The notes below the pieces were generated by a model. The model did not search any database. It worked only from the letters and a program-made list of their open reading frames with translations, and had not been told where the DNA came from. Below are positions 40,653-52,236 of a stretch of DNA of 64,000 nt, piece by piece; position 1 is the first letter of the stretch, and every line of letters starts with the position of its first letter. A program made the translations under genes and the position numbers. The DNA is from an uncultured delta proteobacterium (GTDB lineage Bacteria; Myxococcota_A; Polyangia; Haliangiales; Haliangiaceae). The DNA is taken from NCBI GenBank assembly GCA_963743525.1, contig CAVUQH010000003.1, forward strand, positions 736,001 to 800,000, written 5' to 3'.

Positions 40653-43600
40653 TCACTGCGACAGCAGCTCGCGGACCATGGTCACCCGCTCGCGGTCGTT
40701 GTCGGAGATCGGCGTCACCTCGGCGGCCAGGTAGCGGTCGAACAGTGCATTGGCCTCGTCCATGGCGCCGGCCAGGGCGGCGCGGACGGCCCAGACGTCG
40801 AATGCTTCGTGCTCGCGCGACTCCGGCGCTGCCAGCTGCCAGCTGCGCTCGACGTCGGCGACGGCGCCTTCGGTGTCTCCGGCCAGGAGTCGGGCCTGGG
40901 CGCGGACGCCGAATGACCACGGGCACAGGTGCCCGAGCGCGACGCCGGCCTCGGCGCGGCCGAGGGCGGTCTCCAGATCGCCGCGGCCGAGGGCGATGCG
41001 CGCGAGCTGTTCCTGCCACGCGTGCCAGCCCTCGTCGACCTGACCGACCTGCTCCCAGGTGGCGCTGGCACCCGCGAGGTCGCCGGCCAGCTCCTGGTTG
41101 CGCGCCAGCACGGCCAGCGCCTGGCCGGCACCGGGATCGAGACGCAGCGCCCGCGCCGCCAGGTCGCCGGCCAGCTCCATCTGATCGGCGTGGTAGGCGG
41201 TGTACGCCAGGGTCGCCAGGCTGTCGGCGTCGGTCGCCTGTGCCAGACCGAAGCGCATCGCGCGCTGGTTCTGCCCCAGCCGGGCCATGCACTCGAAGCG
41301 TTCCTCTTCCCAGGTGTCGAGGCGGCCGTCGTCGTCGCGCTCGTGGCTGGCGCGCGACACCGCCTCGGCCAGCTCCAGCGCCTTGCTCCAGTCCCATCGG
41401 CGGCGCGCCACCAGGTAGTCGAGCATCAGTGCGCCGACGGAGCGCTGGTCGGGCTGGCCGTACTCTTGCTGGAACGCCTCGATCACCTTCGCGGCGCCGT
41501 CGTAGTCACCGACGCCGAGGTGGGCCTCGACCCGCATCTTGTCGTTCTGGTAGTTGCGGCCTGTCGGCTCGAGCACCGCCAGCGCCTGTTCGAACCGGCC
41601 GCGCTCGACCAGCGACTCGGCCAGCACGCGGCGGGCATACTCGTGCTCGGGCTCGCGCTCGAGCACCCCGAACAGCAGCAGCTCGCCGTTGGCCTCGCCC
41701 TCGAGCGACTGATACAGCAGCTCGGAGCCGCGGTGGGCCAGGGCGTAGGTGTCCTCGGGATCGAGCGCGATGATCCGCTCGAGCACGGCCTCCGCGGCGG
41801 CCGGCGCCCAGCAGACTTCGAGCATGGTGTGGGCGTGGGCGCGCAAGACGTCGAGGTCGCCCTGCCGGCGATCGGTCAGCTCGTGGAAGAAGTCGTCGGC
41901 GTAGCGGCCGCCGTTGGCGTCAACCATCAGCTCGCCGACCCGGCGCAGCTCGACCTCGGGGAGGTTGCCGTAGAGCGCCGCCGAGCGCAGGTGGCGCACG
42001 CCGTCCTGCAGGTGTCCGGCTTGCACCAGGGCGTCGCCCAACTCGAGCTCGCGATAGGCGTTGCCGCTGGACACGCCCAGGGCGGCGGCGAACGCTTGAA
42101 TCGCCTCGCGCATGCGCCCCTGGCGCCGGTACAGGTGACCCATCTCCTTGTACACCCAGACGTAGGTCGGGCGGCGGGCGAGGGCCAGGTCGAAGCCGGC
42201 CAGGGCGTCGTCGATCTTTCCCTGCTTGCCCAGCGCCGCGCCGCGGATGGCGTGGGCCGAGGCGTTGTCGGGATCGCCGGCCAGGATCGCGTCGCACACC
42301 TCGACCGTCTCGTCGGCGCGGCCCAGCTCGTACAGCAGATCGGCCAGATCGATCTTGTGGCCGACGTGATCGGGACGGCGCTCGACCAGACCGCGGCGCA
42401 CGGCGACGGCGTCGTCGCTGCGGTCCATGCGGTGGAGCAGCTTGGCTTCGAGGTCGCGCACCCAGTCGCGTTCGGGATCGAGCTCGATGGCGTGGCGGAA
42501 GGCGGCCAGGGCGTCGTCGTTGCGACCGTCGGCTTCGAGCAGCTGTCCGTGCACCGCGTGGTTGAACGGGTTGTCGGCGTGCAGCTCGCGGGCGGCGTCG
42601 TTGAGCGCCCGGGCCATCACCGTGCGGCCGCGCCGGCGAGCCAGGTCGGCCAGGTTCTCGTTGGGCCGCACGTACGACGGGTCGCGGGCCAGCGCCTGGA
42701 TGAGCGCGTCGTAGGCGGCGTCGGTGTTGCCCATCTCCAGGTGGCAGTCGGCGATCATCGACCAGTTGTACGGATCGCCGGGGTCGCGGTCGCGGGCGCG
42801 TTCGAACGCGACCAGCGCCTCGCTGATCCGGTCGTCGAAGAACAGCGCGCGGCCGAGCAGCTGCTGCGGCCACTCGTCGTCGGGCCAGATCGAGGTGATC
42901 TCTCCGAGCACGCGGTGGATCTCGACGCGGTTGTCCGGGGTCGGATCCTCGCCCGCCCGCTCGCGCGCGCGGCGGAAGCGGTACATCCACGCGTATTCGT
43001 ACTCGCGCTCGATGGCCTGCGACTGGTCAACGAGGGCGTCGCCGTCCTCGGGGCGGCCGTCGTCGAGCGCCGCCCACGCCTCGTCGACCAGGGCGATGTA
43101 CTGACACTCGCCACTCGACGCTTCGTCCAGCGTGCGCACCAGCTCGGGCTGGTCCGACGGCGCCGCGATCAGCGCGCCGTGGTTGGACAGGTTGCGGATC
43201 TCGGCCAGGTCTTCGTAGAAGGTCTCGCGCACCCGGTGAGTCATCGGATCCTGCACCTCGAGCAGCTCGAGCGCGTCGTTGTAGCCGATGGCCACCGCGA
43301 CGTGGCTGGACGACGAGTAGCTCTCCTCCATGATCACCGGGATGCCGGCGTCGATCAGGCGGCGCAGCGTGGGCAGGTCGGCCTCGATGCGGCGCGTGGT
43401 GAAGCCGGCCTGGTCGAGATAGCGGCGCATCTTGTACACCGGCGTGCCGCCGTCGGGGCTCTTGATCGCGCGGGCGATCTCGACCTGCGAGTCGGTGAGG
43501 CCGAAGTAGCGCAGGTACAGCTCGCACGATGCCGGGCCGCAGTGATCGCGCAGCTGGGTGACCGAGGGGAACGCCTTGAGCCGGCGGCGCGCGCGATGCT

Positions 43601-44532
43601 CGACCTCTGGGTGGCCGAGCAGCCGGGCCATGCGCTGGGCCAGGCGCAGGTGATAGGTGCCTTCCGGCGCCTGCGCCAGGATCGCCTCGCACGCCTCGCG
43701 GGCGTCGTCAACGTGGCCGCCGCGATAGAGAGCGTGGGCGCGCTCGTAGGCGTCGCGCCAGATGCTGTCGGCATGCGGACTGGCCTCGCGCAGCTCGGCG
43801 TAGGCGGCGGCCACCTCGTCCCAGCGCTGCTCGGCGTCGAGGATCATCAGGCGGATGCGCCGCGGCCACAGGTCGCCGGCGGCCAGCGGCGCCAGCGCGT
43901 CGAGGCGGGCATGAGCCGCGTCGAAACTGGCCCATGACGTATTCGAGGTAGGCCAGGCCGAGGGTGCCGTAGTAGCGATCCTCCTCGCCGCCTTCGAGCA
44001 GCGTCTCGTAGACCTTGCGCGCTGCCGGCCGGTCGTCGAAGTCGATCAGGATCGCGCCGTGGTAGTAGCCCAGCTCGCCGGCACTCTCGAGCAGTCCCCT
44101 GGCCCGCTCGATCTCGCGCTCGGACAGGGCGCGGCAGCTCTTGCGGGCGAAGCAGCGCGCGGCTTCGAGGTGAGCCTCGCCGGCGGTGCCGCGAGCCAGG
44201 TCGCCCTGGCGGGCGGCGAACTCGGCAGCTTCGATCGCCGCCTCGAGGGCATCGTCGAGCCACTGCGACGAGCGGCGCAGGATGCGCGACTTGAACACCA
44301 GCGACCGGGCCTGGGCGCCGTCGCCGCCGCGCTCGAGCAGATTGCGGGTGACGTCGTAGGCGTCGCGGTAGCGCTCGAGCCCGATCAGCGCATCGACGCG
44401 CAGGAGGTCGAGTGCCGGCGTGGGGCCCGCGAGCTCGACCGCCTGGTGGATGGCGTCGAGCGCCTGGGTGTGTTGCCGCGCGCGGTTGAGCGCCGCCGCG
44501 CGGTCGGAAAGGTCGGCGATCGGATTGTCCAT
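40653..44532 (-). CDS. large TPR protein with central C39-like cysteine peptidase; frameshift near 43920
   Basis: QLRDHCGPAS (Cys), SHVAVAIGY (His), VQDP (Asp); many TPRs on both sides. Confidence 0.85.
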
Positions 44533-44602
44533 GCGTCCCCCCGGTTCGGTACGAGAGGTTGACGGTAATCGCAAACCGGGGCTATTTGAAGCGACTCCCG
44601 GC

Positions 44603-47600
44603 CTAGAAGGTGAGCCGCGCGCCGAGGCGGGCCGTGAGGGGAGCGTAGCGGACCGTGGGGTTGCCGAAGTTGCGGTAGCGACTGATGGGCATGGTGGTCT
44701 CGGCGCCGCTGTCGGTCTCCTTCTTGGCGAAGATCAGGTCCGAGACGTCGCCGCCGACCACCGGGTTGGCCGAGTCCAGGGTGTAGGTCTGCGACACCTG
44801 GAAGGTGCCCTGGTGGTCCAGCAGGTTGAAGATGTCGGCGAACAGCTCCAGGCTCATGCCGTGGACCAGACGGCGGCCGTAGCCGACGCGGACGTCGAGG
44901 CCGTAGTCGAAGTCGGTGCGACCCATGGCGCCGCGCGGCAGCAGGAACGACTCGTTGTAGCCGTACAGGTAGTGGCGCCCGAGCGCCGAGATCGGCGTGC
45001 CCGACAGCGCCCGCGCGCGACCGGACACGGTCAGCGCATCGTTCTTGCTCAGGTCGAAGGTGTAGTAGCCGTCGAGCTTGATGTAGTGCGGGCGGTCGAC
45101 CGGCAGCGGGCCGTCGCGGTTGGCCATCAGCTCGATCAGATCGAACTGCGAGCTGATGTTGGGATCGAGCTGGCCGTTGTCGGTGGAGACCAGGCCGGGG
45201 TAGTTGCCGGTGGTGCGCGAGTAGGTGTAGCTGGCCTGGACGAACGCCTTGCGCGAGAAGCGGCGCGTGAGGGTCAGCTGGATGGCGCGGTAGTCGCGGC
45301 GCGGATGGTCGAAGTTGGCGATGCGGCGGAACTGGTCGAGCTGGCCCTGGAGGCGCGCCTTCTCGTCCGGATCGCTGGTGTGGTCGATGCGGTCCTGTAG
45401 CTTGCGGTCTTCGGCACCCGGCCACTCGCCGGGGTTGGCCAGGATGTAGGTGTCGGCGTTGTCCACCGACACGTCCTCGAGCACGCGGCCCAGGCTGCGG
45501 CTCTGGTACGAGGCGCCGATCTCGAGGTCGTCGGCCAGCTCGTAGTTGACGCCGAACAGGTATTCGTCCATGTACTGCGCGCCGACGCCGGGGGCGACCA
45601 GCACGCCGCTGCCGAACAGGTTCCGTCCCAGCTGCGGGTCGCCCGAGCAGCCGGCGCCCGACGGCAGGTCGAGCGGCCCCGGGGTGCACTGGCTGCCGTC
45701 GTAGATCTGCCGGTACTGGGTCTCGCCGCCGAACGAGCGGTTGTTGATGTCCATCGGGATCGCCTCGTAGAAGCGGCCCCAGTGGGCGTAGGCGCGCGAC
45801 TTGCCCTCCCTGGTCCAGTCGTAGGCGACGCCCAGGCGCGGCGACCACATGTTGGTCAGCGCCATGGCGTTCTTGCCCCGCGGCGTGCCGGTGAACGGAT
45901 CGACGGTGTGTTGCAGCTCGCCGGCGTAGCGCAGCCGCTGCTCTTCGTAGCGGAGCCCGGCGTTGACGGTGAAGTTGGGCCGCGGCTGCCACGAGTCGCG
46001 CAGGTAGCCGGCCCAGCTGACCGTGTTGCCGACCACCCGCTGGCGGTCGAGGTAGCGGCAGGCGCGCAGCTCGACGTTGACGGTGCCGTTGCCGCACAGC
46101 TCGGGATAGCCGTCGGTGACGCCGGGCGGCGCCAGCTCGACCCAGCGGCTGTCGTAGATCGCCTGGCCGTCCTGGTTGTCGTAGGAGACTCCGCCGCTGA
46201 GAGCGCGCAGGTGATCCAGGCGGGTCTGCTCGGCGTTGACGCCGGCCTTCAGCTCGTGCGAGCCGCCGGTGGCGCGCAGCCGGCGCGTGGCGTCGGCGCG
46301 GATGGAGTAGCGCTCGGCGACGTCGTCGGTCAGCGCGCCGGGACCGCCCAGGGTGTAGCCGGCGCCGCTGTCGGGGCAGTTGGCGATGAACGGATACGGG
46401 TCACCGGCGCCGTCGGAGCAGCCGCTGGCGACCGCCGACGACTCGTAGCCCATGTCGGCGATGCGGTCGAGGCCGACGCCGGTGTAGGTCTCGCGCGGTA
46501 GCGCGTCGGCCAGTGGATCGATCGATCCGGCGTGCTGGCTCGAGCGGTGCCAGCCGACCACGGCTGACAGCTCGGTGGCGTTGTTCTGCAGCTTCGACGT
46601 CCACTTGCCCGCCAGATCGGTGGTCAGCTGGCGCAGGTCCAGGCGCGTCGCCCCCGGCGTGCCCAGGACGCCGACGCTGGTGCCGGACGCCGGGCTGGCG
46701 TTGAGCGACAGCTGCCCCTGGTGCTCGCCGCGCGGCGCCCAGTTGAGCTTGGCCAGCAGCGGGTACTCGTTGGTCACCGCGTGCAGCTTCTGCCGCTCGA
46801 CCTCCTCGAAGATGCGGAAGCCGGTGTTGGGGTCGGTGTCGGGGACGCCGTCGCCGTACTGCGCCGGGTCGCAGCCGGTCATGCTGCCGTCGGGGTTGGT
46901 CGCGCGGCAGTCGGTCTGCCGCTTGATGACCCGGTCGATGTCGGTGCGCCCCAGCCGCGGGGCGAAGCCGACGTAGTACCAGAGGTGGTCCTTGATGATC
47001 GGCCCGCCGACCTCGGCGCCGAAGTCGGCCTGATAGGCCAGGTTGCTCTCGGCGTCGATCGAGCTCGACTCCGACGGCGTGCGATCGCGGCGGGCGACGA
47101 GGAAGCCCGGGGTCACGCGGGAGAAGACCGAGCCGCGCAGCTCGTTGGTGCCGGTGCGGGTAACCACGTTGATCACCGCGCCCGTGGCCCGACCGTACTC
47201 GGCGTTGTAGCCGCCGGTGACGACGTCGATCTCTTCGACGAAGTCGGTGGTCGGCCCGCCGCCGAGAGTGCCGTAGACGACGCCGGTGGTGTCGATGCCG
47301 TCGATGTTGATGCGGCTCTCGGGCGAGCTCGAGCCGCTGAAGCTGATGCCGGCGCCGTCGTCGGCGGTGCCGGGGACCACGCCCAGCGCGCTGCCGACGT
47401 CGATGCCGGGGATGACGCCCTTGTCGAGCATTTCGCGGCCGATGCGCGTGTGAATCTTGCTGCCCGCGGAGTCGACGATCGGCGGCTTGCCGCTGAACTC
47501 GTAGGTGGTGCCGCTCTTGGACAGGTCGATCTTCACGGCCAGGGTGGTGGTGCTGTTGAGGCGCACCGAAACCCCGCGGTAGCGGACGGTGATGCCGGCG

Positions 47601-47860
47601 TAGTGGAACAGGACCTGGTACGTGCCCGGCGCCAGATCGGTCAGCTTGAAGTCGCCTCGCTCGTCGGTCATCACCGTGACGTCGCGACCCAGTCCATTGA
47701 TCGCGACCAGCACGCCGGGCAGCGCGTCGCCGCCATCGGCGTCGCGGGCAACGCCGGCGATGGCGCCGGTAGTGGCGTTCTGAGCGGCAGCGAGCGGGCA
47801 CACGAGTGCCACAGCCGCCGCCGCCGCGGTCGCCGCGGCGAGGTGACGTAGAACCGACAT
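44603..47860 (-). CDS. TonB-dependent receptor (Oar-like)
   Basis: Signal peptide, TGGYNAEYGRATGAVINVVTRTGTNE, GGPIIKD, C-terminal RLTF. Confidence 0.92.
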   Translation of the reverse strand: MSVLRHLAAATAAAAAVALVCPLAAAQNATTGAIAGVARDADGGDALPGVLVAINGLGRDVTVMTDERGDFKLTDLAPGTYQVLFHYAGITVRYRGVSVRLNSTTTLAVKIDLSKSGTTYEFSGKPPIVDSAGSKIHTRIGREMLDKGVIPGIDVGSALGVVPGTADDGAGISFSGSSSPESRINIDGIDTTGVVYGTLGGGPTTDFVEEIDVVTGGYNAEYGRATGAVINVVTRTGTNELRGSVFSRVTPGFLVARRDRTPSESSSIDAESNLAYQADFGAEVGGPIIKDHLWYYVGFAPRLGRTDIDRVIKRQTDCRATNPDGSMTGCDPAQYGDGVPDTDPNTGFRIFEEVERQKLHAVTNEYPLLAKLNWAPRGEHQGQLSLNASPASGTSVGVLGTPGATRLDLRQLTTDLAGKWTSKLQNNATELSAVVGWHRSSQHAGSIDPLADALPRETYTGVGLDRIADMGYESSAVASGCSDGAGDPYPFIANCPDSGAGYTLGGPGALTDDVAERYSIRADATRRLRATGGSHELKAGVNAEQTRLDHLRALSGGVSYDNQDGQAIYDSRWVELAPPGVTDGYPELCGNGTVNVELRACRYLDRQRVVGNTVSWAGYLRDSWQPRPNFTVNAGLRYEEQRLRYAGELQHTVDPFTGTPRGKNAMALTNMWSPRLGVAYDWTREGKSRAYAHWGRFYEAIPMDINNRSFGGETQYRQIYDGSQCTPGPLDLPSGAGCSGDPQLGRNLFGSGVLVAPGVGAQYMDEYLFGVNYELADDLEIGASYQSRSLGRVLEDVSVDNADTYILANPGEWPGAEDRKLQDRIDHTSDPDEKARLQGQLDQFRRIANFDHPRRDYRAIQLTLTRRFSRKAFVQASYTYSRTTGNYPGLVSTDNGQLDPNISSQFDLIELMANRDGPLPVDRPHYIKLDGYYTFDLSKNDALTVSGRARALSGTPISALGRHYLYGYNESFLLPRGAMGRTDFDYGLDVRVGYGRRLVHGMSLELFADIFNLLDHQGTFQVSQTYTLDSANPVVGGDVSDLIFAKKETDSGAETTMPISRYRNFGNPTVRYAPLTARLGARLTF

Positions 47861-47906
47861 GGATAGCCTCCGTTCGAACCGATAGCGCCCGAGGCCGGCG
47901 AAAGGT

Positions 47907-49286
47907 TCATTCGCAGGTGATTCTCATCCGGGGATCGGACGGTGCCGACCAGCGCCAGAAGAGGTCGCGGCGGAACGGCGTGCCGTCACCGTGGCGAAAG
48001 ATGACGCGTCCGCCGTCGCGCTCGACCGAGAGCTGTCCACCGTGGATCCGCCGGTGGTGCGTCGAGCAGAGCAGCACCAGGTTGCCCGGCGCATGACCGC
48101 CACCGCGGGCGCGAGCGCGGATGTGGTGGACGTCGAGCCAGCTGGCGTTGCCGCAGCCCGGCACCGCGCAGCGGTGGTGAAACGCGCGGACCACCGCGCG
48201 CCGCACCGACGGTGGAATCGACTGCGTCGCGCGGCCCTCGAGGGACGCCGGGATATCGGTGTGGTCACACTCGATCGCCGCGACCGTCGCCGAATCCAGC
48301 TGCACGCTGCGACCATCGGCCTCGGCAAACACGCGCGCGCAGTCGTCGCAGCGACTGACCGCGACCTGGTAGCCCGGCCGGCCGCTGTCCCGGTCCCGCT
48401 CGTCGCCTGCATCCACCTCCCCGTTTCCGTCCCCGTTTCCGTCCCCGTTTCCGTCCCCGTTTCCGTCCCCGTTTCCGTCCCCGTTTCCGTCCCCGTTTCC
48501 GTCCCCGTTTCCGTCCCCGTTTCCGTCCCCGTTTCCGTCCCCGTTTCCGTCCCCGTTTCCGTCCCCGTTTCCGTCCCCGTTTCCATCCCCGTTTCCATCC
48601 CCGTTTCCGTCCCCGTTTCCGTCCCCGTTTCCGTCCCCGTTTCCGTCCCCGTCCCGCTCGTCACCCGAACCCACGCACCCCGCGAGAAAGCCCCGCGCGA
48701 TCATCCCCAGCGCCACGTCGTCGTCGACCGGCCCGCCCCCCTCGCCATCGCCCAACCCATCGATCGACCCATCGATCAACTGCCGCGCCACCCGGATCGC
48801 CTCCCGCACCATCGCGTACGTCTCCGGCGACACCTCGAACGCCAGCGTCCGCGGAAGCTCGCTGCGATCCGCGATCGTCCCCGGCCGATCACCCCGCGCC
48901 AGCCCCGCGACCATCTCGGCCACCTCCCGCGCACTCTGCCCGCGCGCCGCGACCAGCCAGTCGTCCTCGGTGTCGCCCGTCGCCACCCGCGACAGCTCGC
49001 GCACGTGCGTCCACGCGATCTCGCCGTCGGCCAGCGCCTCCGCCATCGACGGCAGCTCCGCCAACGCCAGCGCTACACGGATCCGCTCGCGCGCCGTCTT
49101 GCGACCATACCCGAGCACGCCTTCCAAATACGCCGCATAGCTGGCAAAGCCATACGCCTCCCAGATCCGCACCGCATGCCCGGCGCGAAGGTAGTGCGCC
49201 TCGGCCGCATCGAGCTCCGCACGATCGCGCCCCAGTGCGCGAAGCTGCCGGTGAATGTCGCCGATCTCCAACGTCGCCTCGCCCAT
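47907..49286 (-). CDS. HNH endonuclease (DUF222/13E12-like architecture) with (DGNG)n insert
   Basis: CAVPGC...DVHHIRARARGGGH...NLVLLCSTHH...IH. Confidence 0.88.
   Translation of the reverse strand: MGEATLEIGDIHRQLRALGRDRAELDAAEAHYLRAGHAVRIWEAYGFASYAAYLEGVLGYGRKTARERIRVALALAELPSMAEALADGEIAWTHVRELSRVATGDTEDDWLVAARGQSAREVAEMVAGLARGDRPGTIADRSELPRTLAFEVSPETYAMVREAIRVARQLIDGSIDGLGDGEGGGPVDDDVALGMIARGFLAGCVGSGDERDGDGNGDGNGDGNGDGNGDGNGDGNGDGNGDGNGDGNGDGNGDGNGDGNGDGNGDGNGDGNGDGNGDGNGDGNGDGNGEVDAGDERDRDSGRPGYQVAVSRCDDCARVFAEADGRSVQLDSATVAAIECDHTDIPASLEGRATQSIPPSVRRAVVRAFHHRCAVPGCGNASWLDVHHIRARARGGGHAPGNLVLLCSTHHRRIHGGQLSVERDGGRVIFRHGDGTPFRRDLFWRWSAPSDPRMRITCE
48419..48650 (-). repeat. 12-bp tandem repeat (GACGGAAACGGG), ~19 copies, in frame within HNH gene
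   Basis: CCGTTTCCGTCC repeated on the + strand; two CCATCC variants. Confidence 0.95.
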
Positions 49287-49616
49287 ACACCGTCGTAGCA
49301 CGCGTTTTTCACCCGCTCGGATCACCCACGCAGCGCGCCGCCACGCCGAGAAACCACCCCGCCGACACAAAAACCGACCCGCGCCACGCACCAACCGCAC
49401 ACATCGCAACCGAGCCCCGCTGACGATCGATCGCGACCGCGTTGACCGTCAGCGCCGAAACCCGGTCAAGGCGCGATCGAAAAAGGTGAAAGAAAAATTG
49501 AACGACACGTTCCGCCGAGAAGGATTTCCACGCCGCACGTGGCGTGTGCTTCGACAGCGGTGAGCGCGGCAAGCGCGCTCACCGCGACCGGGACCAGGTG
49601 CACCGATTCACATGAC

Positions 49617-49949
<333 letters not shown>

Positions 49950-50051
49950 GAGCCGCGCCGCCGCCGCCGCCGCCCACCGCCGCCCGCGGCACCCGCGCCG
50001 CCGCCCACCCACCGACCACGCACACCACGCATCCCCGCCGCCCGGCCCTCC

Positions 50052-50101
50052 GGCCGCTCGGGGTGGGGTCTCGCCCCAACCGGACCCCACCCCGAGCGGC
50101 C
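50052..50101. repeat. perfect 19-bp inverted repeat (hairpin, REP-like)
   Basis: GGCCGCTCGGGGTGGGGTC-N12-GACCCCACCCCGAGCGGCC. Confidence 0.9.
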
Positions 50102-50169
50102 CACGGGCGCCCTCTCTCCACCCTCCGTTGCAAAACAGCGACCCCAATCAACCGTGGTAAGACTCGACC

Positions 50170-51453
50170 GTGATCCTGGTGTCCAAGACCTACTGGGCCG
50201 GCGCGCCATGGAGCTTCCGCGCCAAGCCTCCGGACGCCGCCGTCGAATCGGTCGAGCTCCGCGCCGACGACTTCCGCCGCTTCCGCGGCCTCTACTGGAC
50301 GCCGCAGCACACCCCCCGCCCGCGCGTCGCCGTCGTCTGCATGCACCCCCGCGTCAACTTCACCCATCACTACTCCATCCCGCGCCTCGTCGCCGCCGGC
50401 ATCGGCGTCCTCGCCGCCAACAGCCGCAACCCCAACAACGACGTCGCCACCATCCACGAAGAGATCCTCCTCGACCTCGCCGCCTGCGTGAAGTGGCTCA
50501 AGAGCTACCGCGGCGCCGAGCAGGTCGTCCTCCTCGGCAACTCCGGCGGCGGCTCCCTCGCGGCCCTGTTCCAGTCACAGGCAGTCCGCCCACCGGCCGA
50601 GCGGATCAAACAGACCCCCGGCGGCCACCCGACCCGCCTCGCCGCCGCCGACCTCATCCCGGCCGACGGCCTGATCTACATCTCGGCCCACCGCGGCCAG
50701 GGCAAGATCATGAACGAGTGCATCGACCCGGCTGTCATCGACGAGGCCGATCCGCTGCAGTCGGACCCCACCCTCGACATGTACGACCCCGCGAACGGCT
50801 TCGTCCCCGCGCCTGCCTGGTCGCACTACGACGCCGCCTTCGTCTCCCGCTACCGCGCCGCGCAGCTCGCGCGCGTGCGCCGCCTCGACGAACGCGCCCG
50901 CGAGCTGATCGCGCGCAAGGACGAAGCCGCCGCCCGCCGCGGCGCCGCCGACTTCGCCCAGCTTCCCGCCGACGAGCAGCGCCGCATTGCCCGCACCGAG
51001 TGCTTCGAGCCGATCATGGTCGTCTACCGGACCATGGCCAACCTGCACTACGCCGACGACCACCTCGACCCGTCGCCCCGCGACTACGGCTCCCTCGTCT
51101 CCGAGCGCCCCGACCTGATGAACTACCAGATGCTCGGCTTCGGCCGCATGTGCACCCCCGAGGCGTGGCTGTCCACCTGGTCGGGGCTGTCGTCCAACGC
51201 CGACCTGGTCACCAACGTCGCGTCCATCCCCCAGCCGACGCTGGTGGTCAACGCCGGCCGCGACAAGGAGATCTATCCGCGCACCGACGCACAGCCGATC
51301 TTCGAAGCGGTCGCCGCCGCCGACAAGACCTTCCACGAGCTGCCCGACGCGCGGCACTACTTCGAGCCCGACTTCGGCGCCCGCGAGGCGCCCGACGTCG
51401 AGGCGCTGATGGACCTCGTCGTCCCCTGGATCCGCCAGCGCTTCGGAGCCTGA
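50170..51453 (+). CDS. alpha/beta hydrolase
   Basis: LLGNSGGG nucleophile elbow; NAGRD; ARHY. Confidence 0.85.
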   Translation: MILVSKTYWAGAPWSFRAKPPDAAVESVELRADDFRRFRGLYWTPQHTPRPRVAVVCMHPRVNFTHHYSIPRLVAAGIGVLAANSRNPNNDVATIHEEILLDLAACVKWLKSYRGAEQVVLLGNSGGGSLAALFQSQAVRPPAERIKQTPGGHPTRLAAADLIPADGLIYISAHRGQGKIMNECIDPAVIDEADPLQSDPTLDMYDPANGFVPAPAWSHYDAAFVSRYRAAQLARVRRLDERARELIARKDEAAARRGAADFAQLPADEQRRIARTECFEPIMVVYRTMANLHYADDHLDPSPRDYGSLVSERPDLMNYQMLGFGRMCTPEAWLSTWSGLSSNADLVTNVASIPQPTLVVNAGRDKEIYPRTDAQPIFEAVAAADKTFHELPDARHYFEPDFGAREAPDVEALMDLVVPWIRQRFGA

Positions 51454-51455
51454 GC

Positions 51456-52220
51456 GTGGACCAGCACACGGTGGTCCTGCACGTGGCCCTGGCGGTCGCC
51501 GGCATCAGCGCCGGCTTCCTCAACACCATGGCCGGCGGCGGCTCGATGCTGACCTTGCCGGTCCTGATGCTGCTCGGCCTGCCGGCCAACCTGGCCAACG
51601 GCACCAACCGCATCTCCGTCGTCAGCCAGTCGATCTCCGGCGTCCACGCCTTTCGCCGCGCCGGCCGCCTCGAGGGCGCGGCCATCGCCCCGGTCGTGGT
51701 GCCCACGGTGCTCGGCTCGGCGGCCGGAGCGGCGGCCGCCGCCCATGTGCCGCCGGAGTTGCTCAAGTACGTACTCCTCGGCACCATGATGGTGATGGCG
51801 GTGGTGATGCTCCTCTTCCCCACCGTCGTCTCGGCCACGGACGACGAGTCGCCCCTCCTTCGCGAGCGCCGGATCGTCGCGTTCGTGGGCCTGTTCGGCG
51901 CCGGGCTGTACGGCGGCTTCGTCCAGGCCGGGGTCGGTTTCGTGCTCTTGAGCGTTCTCGGTGGTGTGATTCGTTACGACGTCGTCCGCGCCAATGCGCT
52001 CAAGCTGGTCTGCACCGGCATCTTTGGAGTGGTGGCTCTGGGTGTGTTCGCATGGGCGGGACAGGTGGTGTGGTGGTTGGGAGGTCTCCTTGCCGCCTAC
52101 ACCGTAATCGGGTCCCAACTGGGCGTTCGCTTCGCTGTTCGCGTGCGTCACGGCGTGATTCGGTGGATCATCACCGGAGCGGTCGTCGCCACCTGTGTCG
52201 GCGCGCTGCTCAAAGGCTGA
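51456..52220 (+). CDS. sulfite exporter TauE/SafE family
   Basis: AGFLNTMAGGGSMLTLP...ANGTNR; YGGFVQAGVG. Confidence 0.9.
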   Translation: MDQHTVVLHVALAVAGISAGFLNTMAGGGSMLTLPVLMLLGLPANLANGTNRISVVSQSISGVHAFRRAGRLEGAAIAPVVVPTVLGSAAGAAAAAHVPPELLKYVLLGTMMVMAVVMLLFPTVVSATDDESPLLRERRIVAFVGLFGAGLYGGFVQAGVGFVLLSVLGGVIRYDVVRANALKLVCTGIFGVVALGVFAWAGQVVWWLGGLLAAYTVIGSQLGVRFAVRVRHGVIRWIITGAVVATCVGALLKG

Positions 52221-52236
52221 CTCTGGGGGTGACCAG

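Noticed and set aside
40929..43937. 1002-aa plus-strand ORF and similar long antisense ORFs across the core region
   Set aside because: Antisense shadows of high-GC genes with no recognisable motifs.
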